Positions 33,812 to 45,088 are shown, counted from the first letter of the stretch. The stretch: DNA of 64,000 nucleotides from Candidatus Krumholzibacteriia bacterium (GCA_041484665.1 JBGPIA010000017.1:47178-111177), one strand, 5' to 3'. Translations and numbers: made by a program. Notes: generated by a model from the letters alone, not told the origin.

Positions 33812-35236
33812 CTACCGGACGCGCTGCAGCTTGGCGGTTTCGTGGCGCTCTCCTGCGTCCAGACGGCAAAAGTAGACGCCCGCAGCCAGCCGCGCGCCAT
33901 CGCGGCCACGACTGTCCCACGCGACGCTCTGCAGCCCAGGCGCCATCCAAGCCTCCAGCAGCGTGGCGACCAGCCGCCCGCGAAGATCGTACACCGCGAG
34001 GTGCACCCCCGCGGGCTCACGCATCTCGAATTGCAGGGAGGTAACGCCATCGAATGGATTGGGGAAGCTCGACAGCGAAACCGGCGGGGGAGCGCTCGGC
34101 GTGGCTTGCACCGCACCGGTCGCACCCGGTGTACCGAAGCGGTAGACCGTCCGCCCGACCGCGTAGGCGAGGTCGGGGCGCAAGACCCGGATGCGATTCA
34201 GCTCGGTCGCAAACCCGTTCAGCGCCCACCTGATTCCGCCGTCCACAGTTCGGTACGTGGGGTTTCCCGAGCCTCCCAGCCAGCCCAGCTGCTCGGTGAC
34301 AAAGCCAATCCCCTGCTCGTTTGCGTTGGGGCATGGCATCTCCACCCAGGCGAGACCTCCGTCGGTCGTCTTGAGGAACCGCTTGGGGCCGCTCGCGCGC
34401 TCCACCGAGACGAAGCCAACCAAGTTGGACGGAAATGAGATCTTCCAGCACCACTCACCGGTCCGCGACGACGTATGGCGTGTTTCCCACGTCCTGCCAC
34501 CGTCCATGGTTTGCAGGACGACGGCCCGGCAGGCGGTGGGAAAGGGCCCGACGCTGCCAACGACGAAACCGATCTGCGCAGACCGGAACCAACAGTCCAC
34601 CAATGTGCCCGCGTACGCGGAGACATCCATGAAGCTCCAGGTGACGCCGCCATCGTCGGTTTTCAGTGCGCCGGCAGGGCTGTTGTAACGCCCCACTGCG
34701 TACACGACCTGCGGGCTCACCGCCCACATCCCGCAGATGCCGGCGGGCATCTGCGCGGGCAGTCCGTGTACCGGCGACCAGTGGGCCCCGCCGTCATTGG
34801 TCTCGTACATGCGCTCGGGCGCGAAGAGCGTGCCAACCCAGCCGCGTTGTGCCGAAGCGAACGTGACCGCCCGGTTGTAGACGCCGGTTTCGAACTGAAG
34901 CTGCCAGGAATCGCCGCCGTCGGACGTGTGCCAGATCTCTCCACCACCGTTGACGACCCATCCAGTGAAGTCGTCTGCGAACCAGACATCGTCGTGGCGC
35001 GAGTTGGCGTGCACGGGGGCCGTGGGCAACGTCTGCCAGTGCGGTTGCGCGAGCGCAGTTCCGACGCCAGGGACAGGGAACCACGCGGTGAGCGTGGCGA
35101 GTGCGGTGAGGGCGGCGAGTTCGGGGAACACGGCAACCGCGGCGAGCACGGTGGAGTCTCGCCGGGCTGGGGCTGCCAGGAGACAGGGCGGGGGTCCGGG
35201 AGGCCAAACTGGACGGTGAAAACGGGGCCGGCGCAC
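33812..35236 (-). CDS. YCF48/BNR-repeat beta-propeller protein with FlgD-Ig C-terminal domain
   Basis: Asp-box repeats (TSDGGDSW, TNDGGAHW, TDDGGVTW, TMDGGRTW, TTDGGLAW); tail FPNPF...AGVYF. Start uncertain. Confidence 0.85.
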   Translation of the reverse strand: MRRPRFHRPVWPPGPPPCLLAAPARRDSTVLAAVAVFPELAALTALATLTAWFPVPGVGTALAQPHWQTLPTAPVHANSRHDDVWFADDFTGWVVNGGGEIWHTSDGGDSWQLQFETGVYNRAVTFASAQRGWVGTLFAPERMYETNDGGAHWSPVHGLPAQMPAGICGMWAVSPQVVYAVGRYNSPAGALKTDDGGVTWSFMDVSAYAGTLVDCWFRSAQIGFVVGSVGPFPTACRAVVLQTMDGGRTWETRHTSSRTGEWCWKISFPSNLVGFVSVERASGPKRFLKTTDGGLAWVEMPCPNANEQGIGFVTEQLGWLGGSGNPTYRTVDGGIRWALNGFATELNRIRVLRPDLAYAVGRTVYRFGTPGATGAVQATPSAPPPVSLSSFPNPFDGVTSLQFEMREPAGVHLAVYDLRGRLVATLLEAWMAPGLQSVAWDSRGRDGARLAAGVYFCRLDAGERHETAKLQRVR

Positions 35237-35319
35237 GGCACTCTCCTGCGGGGGTGACGCGCTCAATGTGCGGAACCGGCGCGTGCCCGCACAAGCCTGC
35301 GGACAGGGGGTCGGCGGCG

Positions 35320-35470
35320 GCAGGTCCGCGCCTGCAGACCGCAGTGCGCGCACCGATCTTCAGAAGACGCGGGCGCAGCGGCTCGACCTGGGCAGGGCCC
35401 AGCGCCGTGCAGCCCAGCGGGTGACGGAGCTTCTGCAGCAGGACGTGGGCCGCCGCCGTCAGCGCGAGCG
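35320..35470 (-). pseudogene. Remnant of an IS1380-family transposase C-terminus (a different element from the adjacent copy)
   Basis: LALTAAAHVLLQKLR...AQVEPLRPRLLKIGA resembles the IS1380 C-terminal motif AAYVLMQELR...AQVxTLRxRLLKLGA. Confidence 0.55.
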
Positions 35471-35631
35471 GCACTCGGGCTTTCGGCCGGTCGACCCTGG
35501 TCCCGGCGCGGGTGGGGGTAAGGAATCCGCTGCGCCGTGATGCATCTCAGGCTGGCTCAGGACCCGCGCGCGGATCGCGAGATTCCTCGTGACGAGTGCC
35601 GGCCTGCGGAGTCTTCCCCATAGCCAATGGC

Positions 35632-37485
35632 CTAGCCCCAAAACAAGCGAGTGGGGGGAGTACGTGAGGTGAGCCGAGGGCTGCGGCGCGTGTTCTCGTT
35701 GGGGCATGCGCGTCTATCGATCGGGCGCCCCGCGCCGACCGGCTCCACCTTCCCAGCTCTGTCCTTTCTTTCCTCTCCCCGTCGCGTTGCAGTCACCCTC
35801 GCCTCGTTCGCGCCTCGTCCCCACCGCCTCCCTGGTTCGCTGCCGTCAGGCGCTGCTGAGCCGCGCCGTCGCCTGCATGCTCTGCAGCAGGTAGTGCGCG
35901 CGGTCCGTCCAGGCCAGCAGTCGCAGCTCCAAGCCGCGCGCAGCACGCACCACCTGGCATGCAATCCGGATCACCGCGTAGTAGAATCGCTTGAACTCCA
36001 TCCGCAGCACGTCACGCTGCGCCTCCGGCTCCAGCAGCCTCATCCCAAACCACGCCTTCAGCGTCCACGCCAACGACGCGATCACCATGTACGCCCAGTT
36101 CGACACCAAGTCGTTCACCGGCGTCCGCAGCGCGTACACGCCGTTCTTCAGCTGCTCGATCACGTTCTCCTGGTCGCACCGCCCATTGGCCAGTGCCACG
36201 ATCTCGTCGGGTCGCAGGTCAGCGTCGTTGGTGACATAGAAGAAGTACCGGATGTCGTCGAACAGCTGCCGCTCCCCCTTCAACACCGACAGGTTCTTCC
36301 GTACCACGATCATCCGGTACGGCCGCCTGCACTTCCCGGGCTGGTAGAAGAACTCCGCCTCCCACTCCGACCGCAGCTTGATGTTGGTAAACCCGCTCTC
36401 GACGACGATCTGCTCCTTGACGTTGTCGCGCTTCTCGCGCTGTGTCAGCGCGCGACGTGCCCGGCGCGGCAGGGACACCCAGGCCGTTTCCTGCAGGTTT
36501 TCAGCCGCTTCCACCAGACCGGGGATCGCGTCGTAACCGAAGACAAACCGCACCCCCTCTGCATCTCAGCGATCAAACTCCCCCGTCAACGAAAAGTCTG
36601 TGTCTCCTCGCAGCAGGACCTCCTCGTATGCCCGCCTGCACAGCCGGATGGCCTTGTCGAAGTACTTCACAGCCCCCTCGTGGCTGGGGCGGTTGCCAGG
36701 GCGGTTCACCACAAACAGGGGCTCACCCGTGTTCGCCAGCGTGATCACCAAGGGGTGGTTCCCCCAGATCCCCTTGTACGACAGCCCCATCCCCTCCTTC
36801 TTCTCCCCTCAGGTCGGCGTGATCGTCCCGTCTCCGTCGACGATCGCACACGTCCGGTCTCGCTTTGGCTGCCGCCGCCACACCTCCACCCGCACCCGAT
36901 TGATCGCATCCATCAGACCGTCCACGCGGTGACGCTGACGAAACCGCCGCAAGAAGTCCCCGGCGGTGGTCGGATCCGGAATGCGCTCGGTGCCCAGCAG
37001 GTCCATGTACCCCGCGTCCTGCCGCAGCACCTCGAGGTCCTCCAACTTCGTTCCGCCCGCGATCAGGTTGTAGGCGATGTTGAGCACGTGGTCCGACTCC
37101 TGGTAGGGCACGTGCCGCTTCAGCAAGTGCAGCGCCTGGTCGATGGCGCGATCCAGGCCCAGCTCTCGCACCATCGTGTGGACCGCCCCGATCCCACCCA
37201 CGGCCGTGGCGGTGGCCCGGTCGGACACCGTGTACACCGGGCGAGGCCCGCGGAACATCGGCAACGGGCGGTCCGCGCCCGCCTCGTGCCGAAGCCGCTC
37301 CAGGATTTCGTGCTTGCGTCGACGCAGAGATTCGTGGTTAGACTTCTTCACTCGAAATGCCCTCCTGAGTGGCGTCGAGTTTTTCTTATTACACCTCCTC
37401 AATAGTCGCTTTTGCAGGGCATTTCGAGCTTGTTCTTCTGCACCAGCCCCAGCAATCAGCCGGGGCTCGCGTTTTCTGGGGCTAG
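35632..37485 (-). mobile_element. IS1380-family insertion sequence with 20-bp imperfect terminal inverted repeats
   Basis: ctagccccaaaacaagcgag (35632-35651) matches the reverse complement of 37466-37485 (ctagccccagaaaacgcgag) at 17/20; encloses the transposase. Confidence 0.85.
35846..37351 (-). pseudogene. IS1380-family DDE transposase with two in-frame TGA stops
   Basis: PDPTTAGDFLRRF, VDGDGT, LRGDTDF, RCDQENVIEQLK, SNWAYM; stops at 36809-36811 and 36566-36568, all segments in one frame. Confidence 0.88.
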
Positions 37486-37844
37486 CAGCGCCGTTGGGGA
37501 GCGCGGGACATGATGTGGCTGCGGCAGTTGCGCTGCGACGATGCCTCGAGCGGTATCGAGGCAACGGACGAAGGTCGGCACGATCCGGAGGAGGCCCGAC
37601 TCCGATATGCGATGCGGAGGCATCACCTCCCGAACTCGCGATGCCAGGGAGCGGACCCTCCCGACGGATCACAGTCATGCGGCTCGGCCCGGGACGCCGG
37701 TGCATCCCGCGAATATCAGCGTGGCCCGTCGTCGACGCGCCCGGCCTTCTGCGTTGTCTCGAGCGGCACGAACCCAGAAACCTGGCGGCCACCCCAGAGG
37801 GTGGCCGCCATGAAGAAAGTGCCTTGACGGATGGTCGTTCCAAA

Positions 37845-40800
37845 TCATCGGACGAGCGCCATGCGCTGCGTCTGCACGAAGCCGGACGTCTCGAGTCGGT
37901 AGAAGTAGACACCGCTCGCTGCCGGCAGCCCGCTGTCGTCCAGGGCGTCCCAGACGGCTTCGTGCCAGGCCGGACCGTCGCGGAGCCCATCGACCAGCAC
38001 GCGCACCTGGCGGCCCTGGACGTCGAAGATCCGCAACGTCACGTGCGCGAGTGCGGGCAGCGCGTACGCGATCGTCGTCCGCGGATTGAAGGGGTTGGGC
38101 ACGTTGTTCAACAGCGCATGCGCGGTCACCGGCGGCCGGTCGTTCGCTACGGCCGTCGCGGCCACGATCTCGAAGGTGGCATCGCTCGTGTCGCTGGCTG
38201 CGTTGCCGGCGAGGTCCAAGGCCACGACCTTGAGGCGCGCGTCCGCCGACGCAGCGGCGGGGATGGTCCAATCGTAGGACACGTCTGTCGTGACGACGTT
38301 TGCGAGCGGCAGGAAGCTGGCCCCACCGTCGGTGGAGTAGAGGAGCGCGACCGACGCCAGACCCGACGTCGCATCGGAAGCCGTCCAGCGGACGCTCTGC
38401 GTCGTGCCCTCCGCCCACGTCTCGCCCCCGTTGGGCGAGGTCACAGTGACTGCCGGAGGCGTGGCGTCGATCCAGAACGGTCCCAGATGTTTCACGTCGG
38501 TCTCGACGCTCCCGTTCCCGGCACCGTCGACGGGCCGCACGTGGAAGTAGTGCGCGATGCCATCGGGCTGCGGCGGGCTGGTGAGCGCCAGCCCGGCCGT
38601 CTCGATGGCGGCGTCGGGGATGGACGTGGCGAGCTGATCCCACAGCACCGAGTAGCCGGCGTTGCCGCAGGCGTCGCCGGATGGCGCGGTCCAACTGACG
38701 TCGATCGTGGGATCGGCCGACCAGCTGGACGCCACGTGGCTGGCGCTCTGCACGTTGCCGGCTGCGCCGGGTGGGGTGGTGTCGCCGGTGCCCCGGAAGC
38801 AGGCGCTCCACGGTCCGATCGCCCCGCACCCGGCTCCGGCTCGGACCCGCCAGAAGAACGGCCCGGGGGGGATCCCGTAGGTCGTGAGATCCAGCCGGCT
38901 CTCTGGGATCATCACCGAGAGCCCGCCACCCGCCCCACATACGAGATTGAGCTCCACTTGGTAGACGGCCGCCCCGGCGACATCGCTCCAATCCAGAACG
39001 GTCCCGGGGCCCAGGCACGTGGCGCCGTTGGCAGGAGCCTGCAGCACCGGCACGCCAGGCGCCACGGGTGCGGTCGTGAATGAGAAGCACGGCGACCAGC
39101 TTCCCAGCACTCCGCACGAGTTCTCGCCGCGCACGCGCCAGTAGTACGTGGTGGCGGCCGCGAGGCCCGCGGCGTCGTAGTCGGAGAAGTTCCGCGAGAC
39201 GATCGACCCCAACCCGCACGCCGTCCCGATCTGCACGTCGTAGCGCACCGCGTTGGCGATGGGCAGCCAGTTCAGGGTGACCGCCGTGGCCACACAGGTC
39301 TGCTGGTCGTCGGGATCCTGCAACGTGACTGCCCCGGTCGCGGCCGGGGCCGTGGTGAACGTCCGGCACGGAGTCCACAGGCTGTAGTTGCCGCAGTCGT
39401 TCTTGGCGATCACGCGCCAGAAGTACGTGGTGTTCGGCGTCAGGCTGCCCGCGTAGAACAGGCGTACCGAGCCGACGGGGATGTCGTACACCGTGCCCGC
39501 GCCGCAGGCGTCGCCAACTTGCAACGAGTACCCGTCCGCGCTGGCGTTATCGCTCCAGTCCAGCCGGACGGGGAAATCAAGGCAGGTTGCGGCGTTGGCC
39601 GGCGAGAGCAATCCCGGTTCGGCCAGCGGAGCGCAGTAGTCCACGGTCAGCGGCGCCGCGTCCTGGCCGTCGGTGTCGTTGTTGCCCGTGGCGGCGTCGG
39701 CAACGTCCAGGATGACCCCGACGAAGTAATCGCCCGAAGCCGTTGCGGCTGGAATCAGAGGGAGCACCGCGTCGATGCTCACCGACAGACGTATCCCGAT
39801 GCTCACGTTCACCGAACCGCTGGCCAGCAGCACGTCCGTCGTGGAGATGTTGTTGTTCGTGGACAGGTAGATATCGTAGCCCAGCAGGCCGTTGAAGCCG
39901 GCATCCCCGTAGTTGTGGACGACAAAATCGAGGTCGGTCAGCCGGCGGCCCGACGTGATCGTGCCCGGCGAGAGCGTAACGGTCAGAGGGACCAGGTCGG
40001 CAGCCGCGGGTCGGTCGGTGTTGATCCAGCTCTGGATGTCGCTGAATTTGTCCGACGTGATGCGGACGTCCCAGGTGGTGCTGTTGGTCCCGTTGGACAG
40101 CACGGCGCGCACGATGTCGGCGCGGACCGCCCCGGACCCAGACTGCCCGCCGTAGGAGAGGCGGTCGTAGCTGACCTCGTTGCCGTACCAGAGGCCGAAG
40201 ATGGGATCGGTCTCGCAGTCGTCGAAGTCGCCGGTCTGCGTGTACATGAACTGCCCACTGTAGGGGCCCTCCGCCGGGTAGCCGTCGTGCTCCCAGGTGC
40301 CTCCCGTGAAGTACGAGCAGTCATCGTGATAGCCGTAGCCACGCCACCCGGTCAGCGCTCCCACGGGCCGGTCGAGGTCGACCAGGGCGACGTCGTGGTC
40401 GAAGTCCTCGTCGGACGTCCAGCCCGACCACGAGTGGAGCTGGAGCGCGCCGGCATCGCCGAACGGCTTGGCGCCGTTGTTGTACGCCGGCACCACGGTG
40501 ACAGTCGTGGCCCACCCGCCGCGAGAATTATCGTGGACGCAGTGCCCGACGGTGACCACGTGCAGGGGATCGATCAGCGTTCCGGAGCCCACCGTATTAC
40601 TGCCATTGGGCCACGCGGTGAAGAGCTTCACGTGGTTGGGATAGTTCCCCGCGGTGGGATCGGCCACCAGCGATAGGCCGCTGAAGTTCTCCGGAAGCAG
40701 CTCGCCGCCGGGCGCTCCCTTGTCGGACACGCCGCCGCTGCCTGGTACCTCGCCGCTGGGCGGCAGGACGCTCTTCGGCAGGGTCGCCGGCTGGCCGAGC

Positions 40801-41066
40801 GTCTCGACGCGCGCCCGCAGGTCGAAGGTCTCCAGACGTCCGCGCGGGCGGGGCGCGGCTCCCTTGGGGCGATCGATATGTCGCGGCAGCGGCATTGGCT
40901 GGTACGCCGACGGATCGAACGGGGCTACGGTCACATCGGGATCGTCGTCGCCGCGCGGAGCTTGGTCCGCAGCGAGCGCGTGGGGCGCCAGCGGCCCGAC
41001 ACGAAGCGCGAGGACGGCCAGGGGAACCGCTACCGAGACCAGATTGCGCAAGCTGAGCCGGGACAT
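37845..41066 (-). CDS. Secreted trypsin-like (glutamyl endopeptidase/V8-type) serine protease with CARDB, Cys-rich FN3-like repeats, Ig and FlgD-Ig domains
   Basis: GSGTLI, TVGHC (His), DHDVAL (Asp), GGQSGSG (Ser); signal peptide; GGAGG RBS; tail PNPFNP...SGVYFY. Confidence 0.87.
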   Translation of the reverse strand: MSRLSLRNLVSVAVPLAVLALRVGPLAPHALAADQAPRGDDDPDVTVAPFDPSAYQPMPLPRHIDRPKGAAPRPRGRLETFDLRARVETLGQPATLPKSVLPPSGEVPGSGGVSDKGAPGGELLPENFSGLSLVADPTAGNYPNHVKLFTAWPNGSNTVGSGTLIDPLHVVTVGHCVHDNSRGGWATTVTVVPAYNNGAKPFGDAGALQLHSWSGWTSDEDFDHDVALVDLDRPVGALTGWRGYGYHDDCSYFTGGTWEHDGYPAEGPYSGQFMYTQTGDFDDCETDPIFGLWYGNEVSYDRLSYGGQSGSGAVRADIVRAVLSNGTNSTTWDVRITSDKFSDIQSWINTDRPAAADLVPLTVTLSPGTITSGRRLTDLDFVVHNYGDAGFNGLLGYDIYLSTNNNISTTDVLLASGSVNVSIGIRLSVSIDAVLPLIPAATASGDYFVGVILDVADAATGNNDTDGQDAAPLTVDYCAPLAEPGLLSPANAATCLDFPVRLDWSDNASADGYSLQVGDACGAGTVYDIPVGSVRLFYAGSLTPNTTYFWRVIAKNDCGNYSLWTPCRTFTTAPAATGAVTLQDPDDQQTCVATAVTLNWLPIANAVRYDVQIGTACGLGSIVSRNFSDYDAAGLAAATTYYWRVRGENSCGVLGSWSPCFSFTTAPVAPGVPVLQAPANGATCLGPGTVLDWSDVAGAAVYQVELNLVCGAGGGLSVMIPESRLDLTTYGIPPGPFFWRVRAGAGCGAIGPWSACFRGTGDTTPPGAAGNVQSASHVASSWSADPTIDVSWTAPSGDACGNAGYSVLWDQLATSIPDAAIETAGLALTSPPQPDGIAHYFHVRPVDGAGNGSVETDVKHLGPFWIDATPPAVTVTSPNGGETWAEGTTQSVRWTASDATSGLASVALLYSTDGGASFLPLANVVTTDVSYDWTIPAAASADARLKVVALDLAGNAASDTSDATFEIVAATAVANDRPPVTAHALLNNVPNPFNPRTTIAYALPALAHVTLRIFDVQGRQVRVLVDGLRDGPAWHEAVWDALDDSGLPAASGVYFYRLETSGFVQTQRMALVR

Positions 41067-41350
41067 CGGCCTCACCTCCATGCAGCTCCGGTGGTGCGCA
41101 GGGGTTGGGCGTGTGCGAACCCGAGGCCCGCGGCCCGGGACCATTGGGCTGCGGCGATTCGCCGCCCGGTAGGGAATGGGGGCGCACTCCGGGCTGCAAC
41201 GTGGTCTTTTCCCGACTCCGGGGTTTCATGCACGCGGGGAACACACTGGTTCGCACAGGGCACGGGACACGCGGGGTGCTCGGCGTGCGGCGGGGGGTGG
41301 TCGGCGTGCCGCGCAGGGTGCGCGCCGCGCGGCCCGCGCTGAGCCCGTGC

Positions 41351-44300
41351 CTATTGCCAGTCGCCAGTGGGAACGAAGGCCGCCCAGTGAAAGGGTGAAG
41401 CCGCCTGCCCTCGCGCGCGGTAGTCCCGCAGCACAGCCAGGCTGGCGGCCCGCGCCGCCTCGGCCGTCGGGGCTCCGCGCGAGAAGCGCTCGACGTACAG
41501 CTCCTGCATCCAGCGCAGGGCGTCCGTGTCGTCCACAGACCACAGGCTGGCGATGAGCGTGCGGGCGCCTGCCACCGCGAAGGCCCGGCGCAGCCCCAAG
41601 ATCCCCTCCCCGGCGGCAATCTCGCCCAGACCCGTGTCGCAAGCGGAAAGTACGACCCACTCGGCGCCGCTCAGATCGAGCCCGGCGATTTCTTCTCCGG
41701 TCAGGATGCCGTCGTCTCGGTCAGGCCCTGCATCGCCGCGGTGATTGGCTCCGGCCAGCGCCAGTCCGGCGCGCAGCAGCGGGTTCTCCACAAGCGGACC
41801 GGCGGCCAGCTCGTCGGTGGAGGCGATCGACCACGCCGGCACGGCGCTCTCCAGGCTCGATGCGCACGCGCCACCGAGGACGAAGCCGTGGGTCGCGAGG
41901 TGCAAAACGCGCCGGCCCTGCGCCGCGCGCTTGAATGCAGTTTCGGTGGCGCCGCCGCCGGTGAGCACCATCACGTCCGCTCGCGGCACCCGCTGCCGGT
42001 AGATCCCCGCGACCGTCGAGGCTTCGAGCGCTGCGCCAGGCAACGCGGGGAACCGCAGCTCGGCCGGCTCGTCGCACGCCGAGCGAGCGCCGCGGAGGGC
42101 CAGCGCGGCCACCGCGCCCACCGGAGCCGGCCCGCGAGCCACCAGGTCGGCCGGGTCCGCATCGAAGTCGGGTCCGCCGACGGCCAGCAGGTCCGCGCTC
42201 TGGCCCGCCGCGGTCGCGGGGCGCCAGCCCGCGGCTGGCCGCGCGAACCGCCCAGGCCGCACCAGGTCGCGCTCGGTCGTGAGCACGTGCAACAACGGGC
42301 CCGTCTCCAGCAGGTAGCGGCCGTCGCCGGTGGGCAGCGCAGCGAAGGCGACCAGATGCAGCGCACCCTCCGGCACCAGGAAGACCGTGCGCGCTCCCTT
42401 CAGGTGCGGCAGCAGCGGATCCCACACGGCACGCCGCAGCTGCTCGCCGGCAGCGCGGCAGGCGCTCTCGGCCTGCTCCGCCGCGGGACCCTCGGGCGCG
42501 ACGCCTTCGGCGATCGCAGCGCGCCAGTCCGCGACGAGGCTGTCGACGCGCCCGCAGGCCCCCAGCGGGACGGCGGCCATCCGTCGCGGCCCCGTGCGCA
42601 GCACGAGCGCGCACAGCCCGCACCGCGATTGCGGCGCCTCGGTGCGAGCGTAGGCCACCAGAGCCGAGCCCGCTGGCAACGCACGCGCGACCGCTGCGAT
42701 CCCCACGCTGTCACCCGCCGCCTGGCGCGCCAGCGCCGAAACGTGCCGCGCGACCTCTCGCTCCACGCGCTCTTTTTCGCGCAGGGCCAAGGCGAGCGCA
42801 TCGGCATTGCGCTGGGCGGGGGCCTCTGGCTCGCGCACGGCCAGCCGGGCCAGCCGCGCGCGGGCGGACTGTAGGCCGGCGCATAGCGCCGCCACGGTGC
42901 TGTCGCCGCTGGCCGCTAGAAGCGACCGGCGTGCTGCGATCTCATCGAGCACCAGCGCCCGCGAGCGCACCAGAGCGTCCCACGCCGCCTCGATGCGCGC
43001 AGGCCGGGGTGCAGCAAGCGCGGCGGCCAGCGCGATCGCGCAACCCGCGGGGCGCACCCGGGCGTAGCGCAGCGCCTGGCGATCGGGCAGCCCGCGCGCC
43101 ATGACGCGTAACCGCTCGCGGCCGATCTGCTCCGCGCGCAGGGCCGCGGCCAGCGAGCCTTCGAAGTCCCCACTCTGCAAGCGCACGCGCGCCAGATCCT
43201 GCAGCGCCAATCCTACCTCGGGATTGCCGGGGCCCCAACTCGCCGTAACCACGGCCACGGCTCGCTCGAGGTTCGCCTGGGCTCCCGACCGGTCGCCCTG
43301 GCGCGCGAGCAGGTTTCCCAGGCTGCGCAGGCTGCGGCCGACGTAGGGATGCTCTGGCCCCAGCGTGCTCGTACGCAGCGCCAGCGCGCGCTCGAGATCC
43401 GAGCGCGCGGCGTCGAGTTGGCCCAGCCCGGCGAGCACCTCGCCATGCAGATCGAACGCCCGGGCTAGCACCGTGGTCTCGGCGCCCTCTCCGCCCTGCA
43501 TGAGCGCCAGCCCTCGCTCCAGCGTCGTTCGCGCCCGTTCGAGATCGCTCGTCCCCAACAGCGCGGCTCCCAAGTTGGTCAGCACCCGTCCCAGCTTGGG
43601 GCTGTCCGAGCCGTACGTGGCCTCGGCAATGGCGAGGGCGCGCTCGAAGCAGCGCAGCGCCTCCCCGTAGTCCCCGCTCTCCGAGTGGACGGTGCCGAGG
43701 TTGTTGTAGGTGTCGCCCACGCGCGGATGCTGCGGGCCGAGGTTGGTCTGCACGCGGGCGAGAACCAGCTCCCACAGGCGGATCGCCTCGGTGTAGTCGC
43801 CGGCGTCGTAGGCCGCGATGCCCAGGTTGCTCATTGTGGCGGTGACCCGCGGGTGGTCCGGCCCGTGCAACATCCGCACGATCTCGAGCGCGCGCTCGAG
43901 CAGCGCGCGCCCCGCTTCGTACTCTCCGAGGTCCACCGTCACGATGCCGAGGCTGTTCAGCACGTCGGCCACAGGCGAGCTGGCGGGCCCGAAGACCTTT
44001 TGGCGGATGGCGAGCGCGCGCTGGTAGGAGGATCGGGCGGCCTCGAGGTCCCCCCTGGAGTTGAGCACGCGCCCCTGGATGGTCAGCGTGCTGGCCAGGC
44101 GGGGCGAATCCGGCTCCCCCGCATCGACGAGGATGCGCAGCGCGCGCTCGATGACCGCCAGGGCTGCGTCGAGACGATCCGTGACCCGGTGGAGCTCGGC
44201 GAGATCGGTCAGGACGGGTACGATCGACGGGTCCGCCGGGTCGCGGCTGCGCTCGAGGATGGCGATCGCTCGCTCATAGTCCTCGCGCGCGGACTCGAAC

Positions 44301-44923
44301 TCCCCCTGCTGCTGCCGGATCCAGCCGCGATCGTGCAGGCTCGGCGCCACGTCCGGGTGGTCGACGCCCAGCGCGCGCTGCTTGATCGCCAGCGCCCGCT
44401 CGAACGCCGCGCGGCAGCCGGCCCACTCGCCGGCGACCCGCAGGAGCCACCCCAGATTGGTGGCGCTCACCGCCAACTCGAGGTCGTCTTTGCCCAGCGC
44501 GTGCTCCTTGATGGCCAGCGCGCGCTCGGCCAGCGCCCGGTCCGCAGGGTCAGCGGTCTTACGCTGGCGCCAGACCGCCTCGACGACCAGGTCGATGGCG
44601 CGGGCGGCTTGCAGGCTCTGCGGGCCTTGCACGCGCTCGGCAGCGGCCAGTCGCTCGCGGGCCAGCGCCTCGGCGCGCGCGGTTTCGCCGGCATCCAACA
44701 GGGCCCGGATGTCGTCGGATGCGGCCGTGGCGTTGGCGGTGGGAGGCGTTGCAGTTGGCGCGGACTGCGCGGTGGCGGTGGAGGTCTCCTGGGAGGCACC
44801 GCTCCCCGGGCCGGCACGACCGAGCCCCACGACCACGCCGGCGAGGGCAAGTAGCGCGGGCAGGGCGCGCGCGGGGGCACACCCTGGCGATCGGAGAGTC
44901 AGCGCTCGGCCTGGTGGTTGCAT
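41351..44923 (-). CDS. Exported TPR-repeat CHAT (caspase-like) domain protein
   Basis: N-terminal hydrophobic signal; about 10 kinesin-light-chain-type TPRs (LGPxHPxV); CHAT motifs VPEGALH, LPGAALEA, LHLATHG, VVLSACDTG, SLWSVDD, PFHWAAF. Confidence 0.92.
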   Translation of the reverse strand: MQPPGRALTLRSPGCAPARALPALLALAGVVVGLGRAGPGSGASQETSTATAQSAPTATPPTANATAASDDIRALLDAGETARAEALARERLAAAERVQGPQSLQAARAIDLVVEAVWRQRKTADPADRALAERALAIKEHALGKDDLELAVSATNLGWLLRVAGEWAGCRAAFERALAIKQRALGVDHPDVAPSLHDRGWIRQQQGEFESAREDYERAIAILERSRDPADPSIVPVLTDLAELHRVTDRLDAALAVIERALRILVDAGEPDSPRLASTLTIQGRVLNSRGDLEAARSSYQRALAIRQKVFGPASSPVADVLNSLGIVTVDLGEYEAGRALLERALEIVRMLHGPDHPRVTATMSNLGIAAYDAGDYTEAIRLWELVLARVQTNLGPQHPRVGDTYNNLGTVHSESGDYGEALRCFERALAIAEATYGSDSPKLGRVLTNLGAALLGTSDLERARTTLERGLALMQGGEGAETTVLARAFDLHGEVLAGLGQLDAARSDLERALALRTSTLGPEHPYVGRSLRSLGNLLARQGDRSGAQANLERAVAVVTASWGPGNPEVGLALQDLARVRLQSGDFEGSLAAALRAEQIGRERLRVMARGLPDRQALRYARVRPAGCAIALAAALAAPRPARIEAAWDALVRSRALVLDEIAARRSLLAASGDSTVAALCAGLQSARARLARLAVREPEAPAQRNADALALALREKERVEREVARHVSALARQAAGDSVGIAAVARALPAGSALVAYARTEAPQSRCGLCALVLRTGPRRMAAVPLGACGRVDSLVADWRAAIAEGVAPEGPAAEQAESACRAAGEQLRRAVWDPLLPHLKGARTVFLVPEGALHLVAFAALPTGDGRYLLETGPLLHVLTTERDLVRPGRFARPAAGWRPATAAGQSADLLAVGGPDFDADPADLVARGPAPVGAVAALALRGARSACDEPAELRFPALPGAALEASTVAGIYRQRVPRADVMVLTGGGATETAFKRAAQGRRVLHLATHGFVLGGACASSLESAVPAWSIASTDELAAGPLVENPLLRAGLALAGANHRGDAGPDRDDGILTGEEIAGLDLSGAEWVVLSACDTGLGEIAAGEGILGLRRAFAVAGARTLIASLWSVDDTDALRWMQELYVERFSRGAPTAEAARAASLAVLRDYRARGQAASPFHWAAFVPTGDWQ

Positions 44924-45088
44924 GGGACCCCGCTGCGGAAGCCTGCGCAGGGGCGGTAGCTTCGTCGCCCCGACTCTGCGCCCTCGGCATCCAGTTGCCA
45001 AGAGGCTGCCGCGGCGGGTGGTGGGTCAATTCGAGCCCGGACTTCATCGCTCGGCAGGGAGGCACACAGCGATGCTCGGCGGCGACAC

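Noticed and set aside
35651..39083. Long plus-strand ORFs 35651-37405 and 37143-39083
   Set aside because: Antisense shadows of the transposase and protease genes, as expected in high-GC DNA.
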